NCBI RefSeq assembly: GCF_002105155.1
Contig: NW_019029011.1
Location: forward strand, 434,001 to 487,744
Length of the DNA: 53,744 nt
Source of the DNA: Lobosporangium transversale
Taxonomy: Eukaryota
Reading direction: 5' to 3'
The translations under genes and the position numbers were made by a program. Shown piece after piece: positions 1 through 11,563 of this stretch. The notes beneath the pieces were generated by a model that saw only the letters and a program-made list of their open reading frames with translations, made no database searches and was not told the origin of the DNA. Numbering within the stretch: position 1 is the stretch's first letter; the number at the start of each line of letters is the position of its first letter.

Positions 1-360
1 ACCTTTTGACGGTGCTCTTCTTCGGTTTCCTCTATCTTTCGTTTTCTGTTGGATGAGCCAGAAGCGGCATTAGGCTGGATTTCACGCGACATGACAATTG
101 GTCGAGGACCCAAGAGTGGAGAAGGCGAAGGTGAAGGTGAGATGGCTGTGTAGTGTACTGCGGGTTCGATGCGGGAATGGAAGATGGAATAGCTTAAACT
201 ACACGCGTCAAATGTGGGTTGTACTGGCCCTGAAAGGCAATTTGCTGCAAATACTGTTGGTTTGGATGATGATATTGATTCAGGAGGTGTAGGCCTTGAT
301 AGCATTGAGTATAAATTGGATGGTGACCAGGAGTTGGATGAGGAGAGTGAGGAAGAGAGG
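1..360 (-). pseudogene. 5' part of a degenerate ORF running off the window; probable paralog of the Harbinger Myb/SANT-like gene
   Basis: Minus frame reads ...HHPIYTQ...YNPHLTRVV*AIPSSIPASNPQYYTAISPSPSPSPLLGPRPIVMSREIQPNAASGSSNRKRKIEETEEEHRQK with one in-frame TAA. It has the same position relative to a transposase start, and the same upstream GGGATTCA..TT..GACGCG motif (435-463 vs 3168-3190), as the Myb-like gene at 1755-2849. Confidence 0.35.
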
Positions 361-728
361 CATGCTACTCGGAAGTAATACGCAAGGATCATTGATCGCG
401 CTTGGTAGTGTTTGGATTGTTGTGTTGTTGAAGGGGGATTCACTTTTACGAAGTGAAGACGCGCGCCACTGTTTGTGTGGATACTCGATTGTTACTTCGA
501 TGAGTCGAAGAAGTGAGTGATCGAAGTGAAATCCAAATTATGCAAAAGTATTGGACAGCTTAGTTGCTTTTGTACCACATCACGACCCAATAACATTTTC
601 TATGCAATCCCCTCAATTCGATGCTGAACGAGGCTCAGACTGAACGAAGATGGACGGATGGATGCGTTGTGGCCACACTCATCTTTTCTTTTCTTTTTTT
701 TTCACTTGTTGCGCCAGCAGTCCCTATT

Positions 729-1726
729 ATACCAAGAATACGAGTAACACACAAAAAGCGCCTTATTAGCGCTGTTGCGGAGGAGTTCATTGCAATTTGT
801 GCTTACGCAAATCTGGAGATCGAAGAACATCTTCGTCAGCTAACAACTTTTTGCGCATATGTGTATATAAAAATACACGTTATTTGAGAAAGACGACGCG
901 TATTCCTTTCTCGAGGGATATGGACAGGGTGTTCGAAGAATACCAATCACATAACTTCAACGGGTGCCTTCGACTCATCCACCCCTAACTCGATTGCTTG
1001 ATGGGCTTGATAAGCCAGAGCCGCTTCTTCCAGGAGAACCAGTCCGATATTCGTACCCATCCCGGATACACTTGGCGCAACTAATGGTGTTCCTTTTCCT
1101 TTTCAATGAGCGCCGTCGCATGATCCCATATCTTGGGTGACTCGAAAATGCACCTTTGCGATGGGGGCAACAGCTGTTTACGACCATCGTGGAAATTTTA
1201 CTTTCTTTGCTACTGGATATATAGGGTCTATGCACGACTCTACTGCATACAAGGCTAGCAGGCTTTACGGGGAGCCTCACCGGTATTTTGAGGATGGCGG
1301 ATATCTGCTTGCTGATACAGCTTAATCCCAACATTGATCCCACGATACAAGAATGCCACAGGTGATCAATACAGGTTCAATGCTCTCCATGGTTCTGCTC
1401 GTAGCATTATTGAGAATGTTTTGAATGTTGAAGAGCAAGTTCCCATCTCTTCAGTCGCTTCCCTTCAAGATCGTAAAAAAAAAGATATCAAGAAGATCTC
1501 CTTGCTTGCGCTATATTGTACAACTTCACACAGCTCGATAGGGTCAATAGCATGGACGGGGGCGATGTTGTGGATTTCAATATCGAAGATTTAGAGCCTT
1601 ATGAAGAACTAGATGAGGTGTAGGATGAGAGTCCACGAAGGACTTGAAGGAATTAACAGGAGAAACGATCTCATGGCATTGGTTTTGGAAAATAGAAATA
1701 ATAGAAACAGAAGTCGGGCTAATTAA
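729..1726 (+). pseudogene. PIF/Harbinger (HARBI1/DDE_Tnp_4-type) transposase pseudogene
   Basis: Motifs spread across frames: (D>N)GVPFPFQ*AP..W.TRK, GYIGSMHDS, YLLADTA*, IPRYK, FNALH..AR.IIEN, LKSKFPSL, and C-terminal EGINRRNDL. The start is ATA at 729 where the paralogous copy has ATG at 3595. Several stops, frameshifts and an internal deletion are present. Confidence 0.85.
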
Positions 1727-1754
1727 AATTTATTCTTGTTCAAGAAAACAGGAC

Positions 1755-2849
1755 TCATTTGCTTTGAAGCAGCTTTTCCTTCAAAGTTGCATTCTCACAC
1801 ATGATTTGCACTCGCGTGCCCTCCCACTGTTCCTTCTTGATTTCCCATTGAGCCTTTTTGTCTTCCCACTGGGCACATCGATCTTGAAATCGCTTTTCCT
1901 CTTCAGTCTTTTTGGCTTCCCATTGGGCACATCGATCTTGAAATCGCTTTTCCTCTTCAATCTTCCTGACTTCCCACAAGGCCTTTGCGTTGTCAAATCT
2001 AATTTCTTGTCTGGCGAGATTTTCCTCTCTATAAATAAGGGAGGCTTCCCTGTCTTTTTTCCACAAATCAGAATCATTCAATTCGCGACGAGTTTGGACA
2101 ATGGCTTCCAATATTCGTTCTCCAATGTCGTCGTTCTTCGGTTTACGTTTTTTTGAGGGTCCTCCTTTACTTGATTTTGGACTTTCAGCCTCCATGCCTT
2201 GTGCTGTTCTCTTCTGGGTTAATTTGGATGAAGGAACTGCTTTCAAAAACTGTTAATTATGACCGTCTGACAAAACTTGCATTAGTAGAACGATCAATGA
2301 TTATTTACCTTCATTAGTTATCTCGACTTCACTATTGCCATTAGCGACGCTACTCGTGCCAGATGCGTCGTCTGAATCACTGTCAAAAAACGCGGGGTCT
2401 GTAAGGTCCTCAACCTCGATTAAAGGGGGAGGGTTTCGTGCCAAACTTCCAGCATATACTGCATCGAAGTCATCGAAATACGGACAAATATCCTTCACTT
2501 TTTTGAGAGCATATGTATTCTCCGTATTCCCTTCCTCAGTGGACATCATCAATTCCTTAGCTTCCTTAGCTTGGTTGTAACGTTGCTTTGCGTATTGTAT
2601 TTTTGACTTGATTTGCTCAGAAGTCCAGTCAACGCCAGTTTCCTTCTTCACATACGCCGCTATCTCTCGGCGGAGGTCATTAGGCTTATTGCCTGAGGTA
2701 GGGCGAGCGTTGTTCATTCGTCTATGATTGTCAGGATCAGTAAGCCATGCAACTAACTGTTGCATTCCTGGCTTTGTCCAAAAAGATGATTTGTCTACCG
2801 TTTCGACATCCTCTTTTTTGCCTTTTCCTTTTTCTTTCTTTGTGGGCAT
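1755..2849 (-). CDS. Myb/SANT-like (trihelix) DNA-binding protein, Harbinger accessory ORF; exons 2849-2309 and 2236-1755
   Basis: FWTKPGMQQLVAWLT...W..EQIKSKIQYAKQRY...CPYFDDFDAVY is the pattern of Harbinger Myb-like proteins. A GT..AG intron at 2308-2237 joins ORFs 2301-2927 and 1755-2246 in frame. The C-terminus is coiled-coil-like and converges on the transposase stop 28 bp away. Confidence 0.75.
1864..1963. repeat. 54-bp (18-aa) tandem duplication in the Myb-like gene
   Basis: EEEKRFQDRCAQWE occurs twice; gggcacatcgatcttgaaatcgcttttcctcttca is repeated with a 54-bp period. Confidence 0.9.
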
Positions 2850-3271
2850 GATGTCAGGATTTACAATGATTGATGGGTGGCTCTGTCTGTTGCCGAGTGG
2901 AAGTGATGCGATGCGTGGCGAAGGCAAAGGTGATACAAGTCGATGCGTAGGAGTAACATATGATTGATTGTAAACCTTGGTCCCAGGATAAGGTGAGGTC
3001 GAGTAAATGTGGCGGCGGTGGTTGTAATAATTTTGACGATAATTCCGATAATAATACTGGTCTTCAACGTTGTTTGCAGCTCATTGCGGAATGGTAGACA
3101 GTGATGGAGAGTTACCACAAGAAATAGAAGAAGGAGCCGTTGAGGCCCTAATAAAAGGATGCTGAATGGGATTCATTTCAAATTGACGCGTAAAAAAAAA
3201 CAAAATTAATGTGTCACGCGCCGTCTATTCGAGAATAGAGGTTTGTGAATAGAGATTGGGTAAATGATGTA

Positions 3272-3396
3272 GACCAGAGGGTCAAGCTTGTCGCTCTTTT
3301 TGGCTAGACTCTTTCAAATATAAATGGTTTACTTAACAAAATTCTTATAATTGAAAAGGACTAACCAAAAAGAGTGACAAGCTTGACCCTCTGGTA
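3272..3396. mobile_element. Fold-back MITE of about 125 bp, probably Tc1/mariner type (TA flanks)
   Basis: ACCAGAGGGTCAAGCTTGTCGCTCTTTTTGGCTAG (from 3273) is the near-perfect reverse complement of CTAACCAAAAAGAGTGACAAGCTTGACCCTCTGGT (to 3395). The arms extend to about 50 bp. TA lies at 3270-71 and 3397-98. Confidence 0.75.
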
Positions 3397-3550
3397 TAGG
3401 CATTTTGAGGAAAAACGAGGCTTCGGCGGTGAGCGGATAGACCAAAAAAAAGTCTTTTCGGGGATAGACACCCTTATTGGCGTATACTCTCTATTCTTAT
3501 CGATTTTGTGACACTTCTATTCTCCAATAAATTGCATCAATTACTCCTTA

Positions 3551-3640
3551 TTCTTTTCTTTCTTTTCTCACTTGTTACGCCAGCAGTCTCTATTATGCCA
3601 AGGATACGAGCAACTTACAGAAAGCGCCTTATTAGCACTG
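3551..3640 (+). pseudogene. Truncated second copy of the Harbinger transposase 5' end
   Basis: Clear nucleotide homology to 682-773 (tcacttgtt.cgccagcagtc.ctattat.ccaag.atacgag.aac..aca.aaagcgccttattagc). ATG at 3595 gives MPRIRATYRKRLIS, after which homology stops. Confidence 0.8.
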
Positions 3641-4281
3641 GAATAGGGGCTAGCGCATCTAGAGAACGTTATTGGCCCTTGATGTGTGGTACAGAACAGA
3701 CCAATAATCTGCATAATTTTTTCACTTGATCCTTCACGTCTACAAAATGTGATATCTAAAAAAGACCGCCGCTCCCTAGAAACCTCAACTTTGTCCCGAA
3801 GGCGCATTTCCAAGCCCTTTACCCGAAGGCCGTGTAGCACCAACCTCCTTTTTTCGACTAATATCTAATCTATTCCACTCCGAAAAAAGCAGTGGGTATT
3901 GTTAAACACGCAGCAAGTCTTCATATTTTTTTTTTTTTTTTTTTTTTTAGTTTATTTTTAGCATTGATGAAGTATTAAGGCTACGCCGCATTGCTTGTGC
4001 AAGTTGATGATCCTATCGAGCCACATGAACAATATAGGTTCTAAAGGTAGAAATAAGGCGGTAGGCTGACCTTTTATTTTTCCCTTTTTTAGATGCGCGT
4101 AATAAAAAGAAAGTGAGCAGGTGGACAGTCGATATGAAATGCTAATATTTCTAGAAATGGGCGTAAATACATGACCATGTACATACCACACCAAACGTTA
4201 CACATCACTCTAGGCGTAACGATTAGAGAAGGGGATGGCGATGATGGATAGGATGAGAAAAAAAAAAAAAAAAAAAACGCG

Positions 4282-4289
4282 TATAAAAA
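4282..4289 (+). promoter_or_regulatory. TATA box of secreted protein gene 1
   Basis: TATAAAAA about 105 bp upstream of the ATG. The context poly(A)-CG(C)G-TATAAAA(A)GAGC is shared with the paralog at 7066. Confidence 0.6.
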
Positions 4290-4388
4290 GAGCCATAGAA
4301 TCTGCCCTTTTTTTTTTCTACTTCATCTTTATCCAACATTCACTTCTCTTTACTCAACCCGCTTAACAAGAATAAACAATTTTCCATC

Positions 4389-5018
4389 ATGAAGTTTGCT
4401 CTCTCTTTGGCTGCCATTGCCACGGTGCTCTTCTCCGCAAGCGTGACCTCAGCTGCTCCTGCTGGTGGACCCAATGGTCAAACGGCTGCCTTGATTTCGA
4501 CCAGTCAATATTGTCTCTTCCTTCCACGTGATTATGGTGGTGATATCGCAGAAAGTGAAGATGATGCAGTCGCTTTCTGCAACACTGCCATCCCGACAGC
4601 CCCTAATGCCCGTAAGCTCCCAACTGGGTTCGTCCAGAGCATCCATTTCGTCAACAATACATCCAAGAGCTATGTCCAGATCACGGGTCGTATCGACCGC
4701 TCCAAGTATGGCCTTTCTGAAAGCGATGGTGGTGGACAGTATGATATCAAAGCCCCCGTTGGTTCCAAATGCGCTGGTTATGGATACTATGTGCAATTGC
4801 TTGGTATACAAGAGAAAAAGAAGAGTTTACAATAGCTTTCTTTTTTTATGTTATGATCTAATAGGAAACGAAGCTGACGCGTTTTTGTTTTATATTTTTT
4901 ACACATAGAACCCGATGAGGAGATTTATTGCCTCCGCTGTTGCAAGAATAAGTCGGATTGCCCTGTGAACAAGTCCACATATGGATGCAGAGATGTCCTT
5001 GGTGGTGACTACTCGTAA
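4389..5018 (+). CDS. Small secreted Cys-rich protein (resembles the Cryptococcus MP88/macrophage-activating-glycoprotein domain); exons 4389-4803 and 4909-5018
   Basis: Signal peptide, then CLFLP..GGDIAESE..AVAFC, YVQITG, DGGGQYD. Splicing the GT..AG intron 4804-4908 restores EPDEEIYCLRCCKNKSDCP..STYGC..GDYS*, matching the paralog. Confidence 0.85.
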
Positions 5019-5252
5019 CGAGCTAAATTATAACATTGAATAAAAGTTCGACTCGTATTTTTTACTATTATTCCTCCTTTCTATAATATCATCTGCTGTA
5101 GCAGCGAACAATGACTTGACATGTAATAGACGAGTAGCTATTAAGGTTCTAGTACCAAAGGAAAATAAAAATAAAAAAGACGGCGGAAGTCTAGGGGATG
5201 GAATGGGTTCAGTTTGATAGCATACGCCCAATAGTACAACTATCAACCAACA

Positions 5253-5285
<33 letters not shown>

Positions 5286-7065
5286 GGCTAAACAAACATA
5301 AGAGTTGGTCCAAAAGCGCTGCATACATCCCTCTTCCTTGTTATCGCTTTCGCGTCTCTTTTGTTTGTATTCTGACGCTCATTTTAGCTTATTTCGAAAA
5401 AGAAAAAAGAAGTGGGTTCATGAACGTATTAAAAGTCGATAAAACTTTATCCCATTTTCCTCCACTTATTTGGGCATATGGATATTTCCCCTCGCTTCTT
5501 CCATCCTTTTGCTCTCTCTCTCTCTATTTTCTCTCTAGCTCTATTCGTCCACCCATCCACTCACGACCCTTATATCGTTATTCTAAATAGATACGCTGCG
5601 CCAAGGTTGTACGGTTTCACATTCTTTACACTATCCTGGATCAGGCACGTTCCTCGGTTTGAGCGCCAATCAAGACTTTTCCTTGCCATTATAAAAATAA
5701 ACTAGACTGTGCTATTTTTTGATAGCGTTTATTTACGCCCATATGCTCGTAAAAATATCTCGTTCACTAACACTATCCACATATTCCTATACTACATGTG
5801 TATACGTCTTGCCTGGTTATATGATGCAATCTATGAGGCCAATTCAACCAGAAAGAGAAGGAAGATTAAAAGAAAAGGCGCAGGCTAAAACCGTTTGTCG
5901 ACTTTACGCACATCTACCCATTTTTCGAAAGAGGCGCTCAATCTTCAAGAACGCTAACACAATCAGGCACGCCAAATAATAAATGTGATTTGGGCATCTG
6001 TAGTGAAGGCGAAAGCAAACGGTGCAAGATGTCCAAAAAATAAAAATAAAAAAACGCATGAACAAGGAAATAATAAAGAGAGAGAGGAGATAGAGTTGGT
6101 TGGGCATCTTAGCAACACCCCAAAGGTTGAAAAGTTTCCTTGTCCTCGTGCACATTTCAGGTAGGCATCAACATCTGATGTTCATTTTGCCCAAATACCT
6201 TCCGTTCTTTTTTTTTTTTTTTTTTTGTTGTTGTTGTTGTTGTTGTTGTTGGGAAACAAGGCATCAAGGTAGGAAAGGAAAGAGGGTTGAGTTCAGATGA
6301 CCATCACTCGACAACCGTTGTCAAAAACAAATGCTTGTTTGATCCGTTCACTTGCTCTAACCTCTCTCACAACTCCATCTCTTTTTTTTTTTACCATCAT
6401 GTCATCGCTTCCTCTACTGGGCTTAGCATTGGACAGGACGTTGGAAAATCAGTAAAGATACGCGTTATGCTGTTTATTTTCTCATCATCTTTTAATTCTT
6501 CAGGAATTAGGACAAGACAAAAGGAGGCATTCATGCTTCCTCCGTCCTTTTCCCTCTCCCCTGTACCTAGACCTCTTTCATCATGTACCACAGCATCCAC
6601 TAGCACTGATAGGATTGTCAACGGCTACGGCGTCATTCGCAAAGAATAGACACGAGATACATAGCCTTTATTTTATTTTATTTTATTTTATGTTTTTATT
6701 TTATTATTCTTACGCATGTTGTTTTCCTACGCATGGTCCATTTCCTATTAATAAACTGCGTTCCGAACAATAGTGATTCATGCCAAGTTGCCATCACGTT
6801 TTTCTCTCATCGCATGGGATCAACGTGGTATAGTATTCTATTGGTGAATGTTGATTCAATCACATATACCCACATCCACTCATTCATACGGTTATAGATA
6901 AGGCAAAGTAGCTTGTTCAGCATTGAATTTTGGCGTTGAAATGCATCATGCATTTCATGCACAAGGAATTGGGTAACAATATTCTGACGACAAATGATAC
7001 CGATCCTTTCAACCCTCTCTTCAAGTTGTAATAAAGAAAGTGAAAAAGAAGAAAAAAAAAAACGG

Positions 7066-7073
7066 TATAAAAG
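7066..7073 (+). promoter_or_regulatory. TATA box of secreted protein gene 2
   Basis: TATAAAAG about 110 bp upstream of ATG 7178, in the same context as the paralog. Confidence 0.6.
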
Positions 7074-7177
7074 AGCTGTCCTTTCTTTTTCTTTTTTTTA
7101 TCACCATCAGCTTCTTCATCTTTTCATCATTAACCTAGTCTTACTTTTTTTTTTTTTTTTTTTTTTTCTTGGTCAAC

Positions 7178-7693
7178 ATGTTGTTCAACAAATCCTTTCT
7201 TGTCTCTTCTGTCCTTTTGGTAATTCTTTCTGTTGCCTTGGCTGCACCCAGACCTCCCACGGGCCAGACCGGCGCCATCATCAGCGAGAGCAAATATTGT
7301 TTATTCCTCCCTCCTATGTACAGAGGCGGCATCGCCGAGAATGAGGACAAGGCCGTAGCTTTCTGTAGCAAACCCATGGCCGAGGCCCCTAATGCCGGTA
7401 TTCTCCCCAAGGGATTCGTCAAGTCACTGCATTTGGTCTGTACCAGGCGTTATGTCCAGATCACTGGCCGTATTGATCGCTCCAAATATGGTCTGTCCCG
7501 TAAGGATGCTGGTGGACAATATGATATCAAGGCCCCCGTTGGCGCTAAGTGTGCAGGTTACCCTTACTTTGTCGAGCTGGTCGAACCTGATATCCAAATC
7601 TACTGCATGCGCTGCTGTCGAAACAAGAGTGATTGCCCCACTCACAAATCTACCAAAGGATGCAAGGCTGTCATCTCTGGTGATTATTCTTAA
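7178..7693 (+). CDS. Small secreted Cys-rich protein, intronless paralog of 4389-5018
   Basis: Signal peptide MLFNKSFLVSSVLLVILSVALA. Co-linear with gene 1, with shared Cys and identical YVQITGRIDRSKYGLS and GGQYDIKAPVG blocks. Confidence 0.9.
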   Translation: MLFNKSFLVSSVLLVILSVALAAPRPPTGQTGAIISESKYCLFLPPMYRGGIAENEDKAVAFCSKPMAEAPNAGILPKGFVKSLHLVCTRRYVQITGRIDRSKYGLSRKDAGGQYDIKAPVGAKCAGYPYFVELVEPDIQIYCMRCCRNKSDCPTHKSTKGCKAVISGDYS

Positions 7694-8082
7694 AAAAAAA
7701 AAAAAAAAAAAAAGGCTCAGTGGAGTTTTTCATGTTGTTATCTATCCTATTATACCATAGTAATGCATCTTGTTCGTAAAAATTAAAAAATAAAAAGTCC
7801 GTGATACCTAAATGTTCTGTTTACTGATTCATATCCAAATTGAAATGCAGCCCTAGAAAAAGAAAAAGCGGGTATGGGCTGTAAAATGATCATTTATGAC
7901 ACATACTAGAGTTAGTCCAACACATAGATAGCTATTAAATATTGGATGTCTCCAAGCAACAAGCCATAATGCATTCAAGGAAATAAAAGTGCTTTCTACA
8001 TCTTTGATAAGGGTTTGTAGTATATTATATAAATTAACAAACGAACACTACTTTAGCGTGAAATGAGGTCGGATCAAAAGAC

Positions 8083-11000
8083 TCAAAAATTAACAAGATC
8101 ATCCAAGTCCGGTTCCTCGTCATCATCACTGAACCTTGATGTGCTAAGCTTTTGTGAGTAGGTGATCAGAGGCATAGTCCGAAGACTCTTCTCCATCGAC
8201 TCCAACAGCTCATTAAACTCCTCAAGTGTACCTAGCATTCCTGACTGTATACCCTTGTTCTTATCAATAGTGCCACTGTTGCTGCTGTTGCTACTACCGC
8301 AACGCCTTCCAACTGTAGCGGCCATACTTTGAAGACCAGTCTGAAAGCGGTAGATGATTAAAGCAAGTGATGAGTTAGTATACTTCACAGTATACAATAA
8401 TAAAAAAGCATGAGCCTTTTTCATGGAAACTGTTTTCTATTCATTTCGGTGGGAGCTGTTTACCTTCAAAATATCCACGCGATCATCTTCCTTATCCTCT
8501 TCATCATCCGAGCCTACCACTTGATCCCGTAATGCCTCCAGGTCAGCCAAAAAGGTATGGGTGTCCTCTAATCGTCGTCTAACTCTTTCTTCCCTCTCAA
8601 ATTTGACTCGCACGCGCTTGAGTTCTTCCCTCGTCTTCTGCCGCCGTCTCTGTGTTTCTAACAGCCGTGTCCGTAGCTCCTTCTTTAGGGCAGCAGCTTT
8701 TCGCGCAGAAGCCTTCAGGAGAGTGTAATCATCCAACGTATCAACCTATCAGTCCATCACAAGGTTTTCCCCGTTGGTGAATATGCTACTCTAAAGTTGG
8801 ACTTTATCTTTAACGAAGCGATGGGAACGAGACATGATGCTACTTACCTGTTCAATCAAAAGTGTTTCCATATTTTCACGGAGTGTCAACAATTCTTGCT
8901 TCAAACTGGGTTCGTCAATTGTTTCTCTGAACCAAATATTTGAAGAATTTTAATAATAAAAGGCGTTAGTAAAAATATTTTGAAGTGACTATTACTCCTT
9001 CTGTCATGTCATATCGCATAGGCTTAACTTACATAAACTTATCTGCAACATCCCTAACAGCTTCTGCGATGACATCCATCTCGCTGAGTGGGGCATTGTC
9101 GATTTCCAAGATGCTCTGAATTGCCTCCTGTGCGGATGGCGTCTCCTTGTCATGATCCATAGGATCCTCTTCCATAGGCGATTCTTTGGTCCTCTCCTTG
9201 TTGGCATCAGTGGCAGGGCGACTAGCACGGTTAAAGGAGCCTCCAAACTTGAGACAGTGGATCTGAAGTTGTTTAAAGTTTTCCACCGTTTGATCAGAGA
9301 TACCTTTCCTGCTCCCTTTCGCTTTTTTCGTCAATAATAGTGAATCATCATTTTTGTGCTCTTCATCCAATTTCATTGCCTTGGTTATGGTCTCCTCAAT
9401 ATCGCTCTCATTGTCATTTGTATCCATTGCTGAAGACTGCTGCTGTAAAAATACTGAACGGGCTATCGTGGCGCCATGTTCTGGCCCTAATGGCCTAGAT
9501 GATAGTTGCACCAGGGTTGCTTGCCGAAGAGGCTTTGGATCATTCAAAGTAGAAGCCCCTTTCCCTGGTGCTGATGTTAGCGCTAATGATGCTGGAGCTA
9601 TACGATTTACATCCTTGGGTTTTGGCGCTTTAGCTGCGTCTATATTAACGAATTTCTCCCTGCGCAACATCTTTTCGGGCAATGCGAATTTTTTCTTTAG
9701 GCTGCTAGTTGCCATTGGTTTGACTGACATTTTATTGTGATAGATAGGTGATGGGTCTTCATTTTCATCAGGTTCTTCTTCCAGAATGAGACGCCGACGC
9801 TTGATCGATCCTACATCATCCCTGCGAGTCGATATATTTGTTTTGTCTGAGGGTGTGGCCGAAATGGAGGTCCTTTTGAGATCATTGTGGGTCTGTGCTG
9901 GTGTTATGTTTTTTTGGATTAGCTCTGGTATAGGATCATGAACACCATAATCATCTGTAAACCCTGTATCATCAATAGTATCCTCAATAACAGGTCGCCG
10001 ATCGAATGTGGTTCCTAATACTCTTCCTGAGGACTCCTCAGAGTGTTGGGTGCTATCAGATGAAGTAATTGCCTTGTCTCTGCTCGACTCACTTTGAGAG
10101 TTAGGTGATATTCCTAGAACAGGAACAAGGATATTAGCTAAATCAAAGAATGGCTTGTTATTTGAAAAGGGTAATCCAACGAGGCATATAAAAGCCCGCA
10201 GATGAATATCCTACCACTCATGCGATTGGTGCTCCAAGCTTGCTTAATACTAGGGGCTTGTGTGGTGGTAAGCCTTGATGAATCTGCACCAGTTCCTACT
10301 GACACTACTCGTTGACTGTCTGTAGATGGGTTTGGAATGGAGGAGGGTGAGGATATAGGTACCGAGAAGGCAGGTGTACGAGTATCCTTAAGAAGGTTTA
10401 GGATTGGTGTAGGACGACGAGATCCATTCGCTAATGATGAAGCTCTTGAGGCTCTCCTTGCTGCTGAATCTTTGTCAATTGAAAGGCTGTTTAACGCCTG
10501 TGAAAGCTCGAGCTGAGCTGAGGTATGGGCATTCCGGATATCCAACGAAGGTCGTTGGAAATCAGATTTCCCTATATCTGATTCAGGCCTTCGCAAGTCA
10601 TGCGCTCTTTCTGATGTCTCCCTTGTTAGCTTTGGTGATAGCATAGTCCCTGGTAGTCTTCCAGTTGCTCCGCGATCTGAATCTTTTGTTGGTTTAAGCG
10701 TAAAGCCTCTAAAATCCGATTGATGAGCTCTACAAACACATCAAACATATATACCATGAAAACAATCAGTATCTGTACTGCAAAATTAATAAATAAATAA
10801 AGGCATCGGATTTGAGGGATCATGGCACGTTACCCTGCTCCTCTAAAGCGCGCTTTGAGTCGTTCCTTATATTTTTCATTCAATCCTTCTATGTTGGTTG
10901 ACATTCTGGGCCCATTTTTGACATTTTCAAAGTTAGGCAGTGCTGTTGTTTCGGCTTGCTGGGGAGCCGCAGTTGCTGTGGAAGAGGTTTGTGGGGCAAG

Positions 11001-11109
11001 GGCATTTCTCCCAATTTCTATTCCTGATATCGTTGTCGCTTGGGCTATATCTGTGGCCTTTTCAATGCTGAATCCACGAAACTTGGGCTGACGAGTCCTA
11101 CAAACGCGG

Positions 11110-11143
<34 letters not shown>

Positions 11144-11390
11144 AACATTACTACTAATAGGGAGCTGCAATCTGTTCCAAAGAGAGCGCCATAACGCTAT
11201 GTATGAGTGTCATTACCCCGCTCCTCGCTTTCTAGCAAGCACCTTTTCCTTAAACTTTTGTGCAAGTTCTAGTTCTGTAGTTAATGGAGGCAATCTGTAA
11301 CAGGTTATTCCTAATGTTTAACAGCTTTTTGTTGCGAGATCTTTTGGACCAACCTGAAGCCCTACTTTTCATCTACATTACCTGCGCCAT
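8083..11390 (-). CDS. Multi-exon protein with long disordered N-terminus and C-terminal Ame1/CENP-U-like coiled coil (inner kinetochore); start uncertain
   Basis: Exon ORFs 10138-10644, 9029-9730, 8437-8736 and 8083-8340 plus short exons with GT-AG borders. The C-terminal SEMDVIAEAV...VDTLDDYTLLKASARKAAALKKELRTRLLETQRRR resembles fungal Ame1/Mis17 (recalled pattern, not searched). Confidence 0.5.
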
Positions 11391-11563
11391 TGTCAAAATT
11401 AGACATTGCAGCAATTGAAGGTTATAAGGGCTTCGTGTTGGCAAATAAACATGTCCATGCAACATTCTATTCCCGGATCCATACTTCCAAAAACAGGTCA
11501 CGTTTCGTATTTTATTCAATTTTGATGGCAATACGAATAATTACTTGTATTGTATTGTTAATG

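Noticed and set aside
3144..3151. GGCCC-TAA as a Harbinger terminus
   Set aside because: No matching inverted copy found on the other side of the transposase.
6287..6649. Short ORFs on both strands between the two secreted-protein genes
   Set aside because: Non-ATG starts, no recognisable motif and no convincing splice partners.
7691..7713. Poly(A) after the stop as proof of a retrocopy
   Set aside because: Such runs are ubiquitous here and the promoter is shared with the paralog; kept only as weak support for intron loss.
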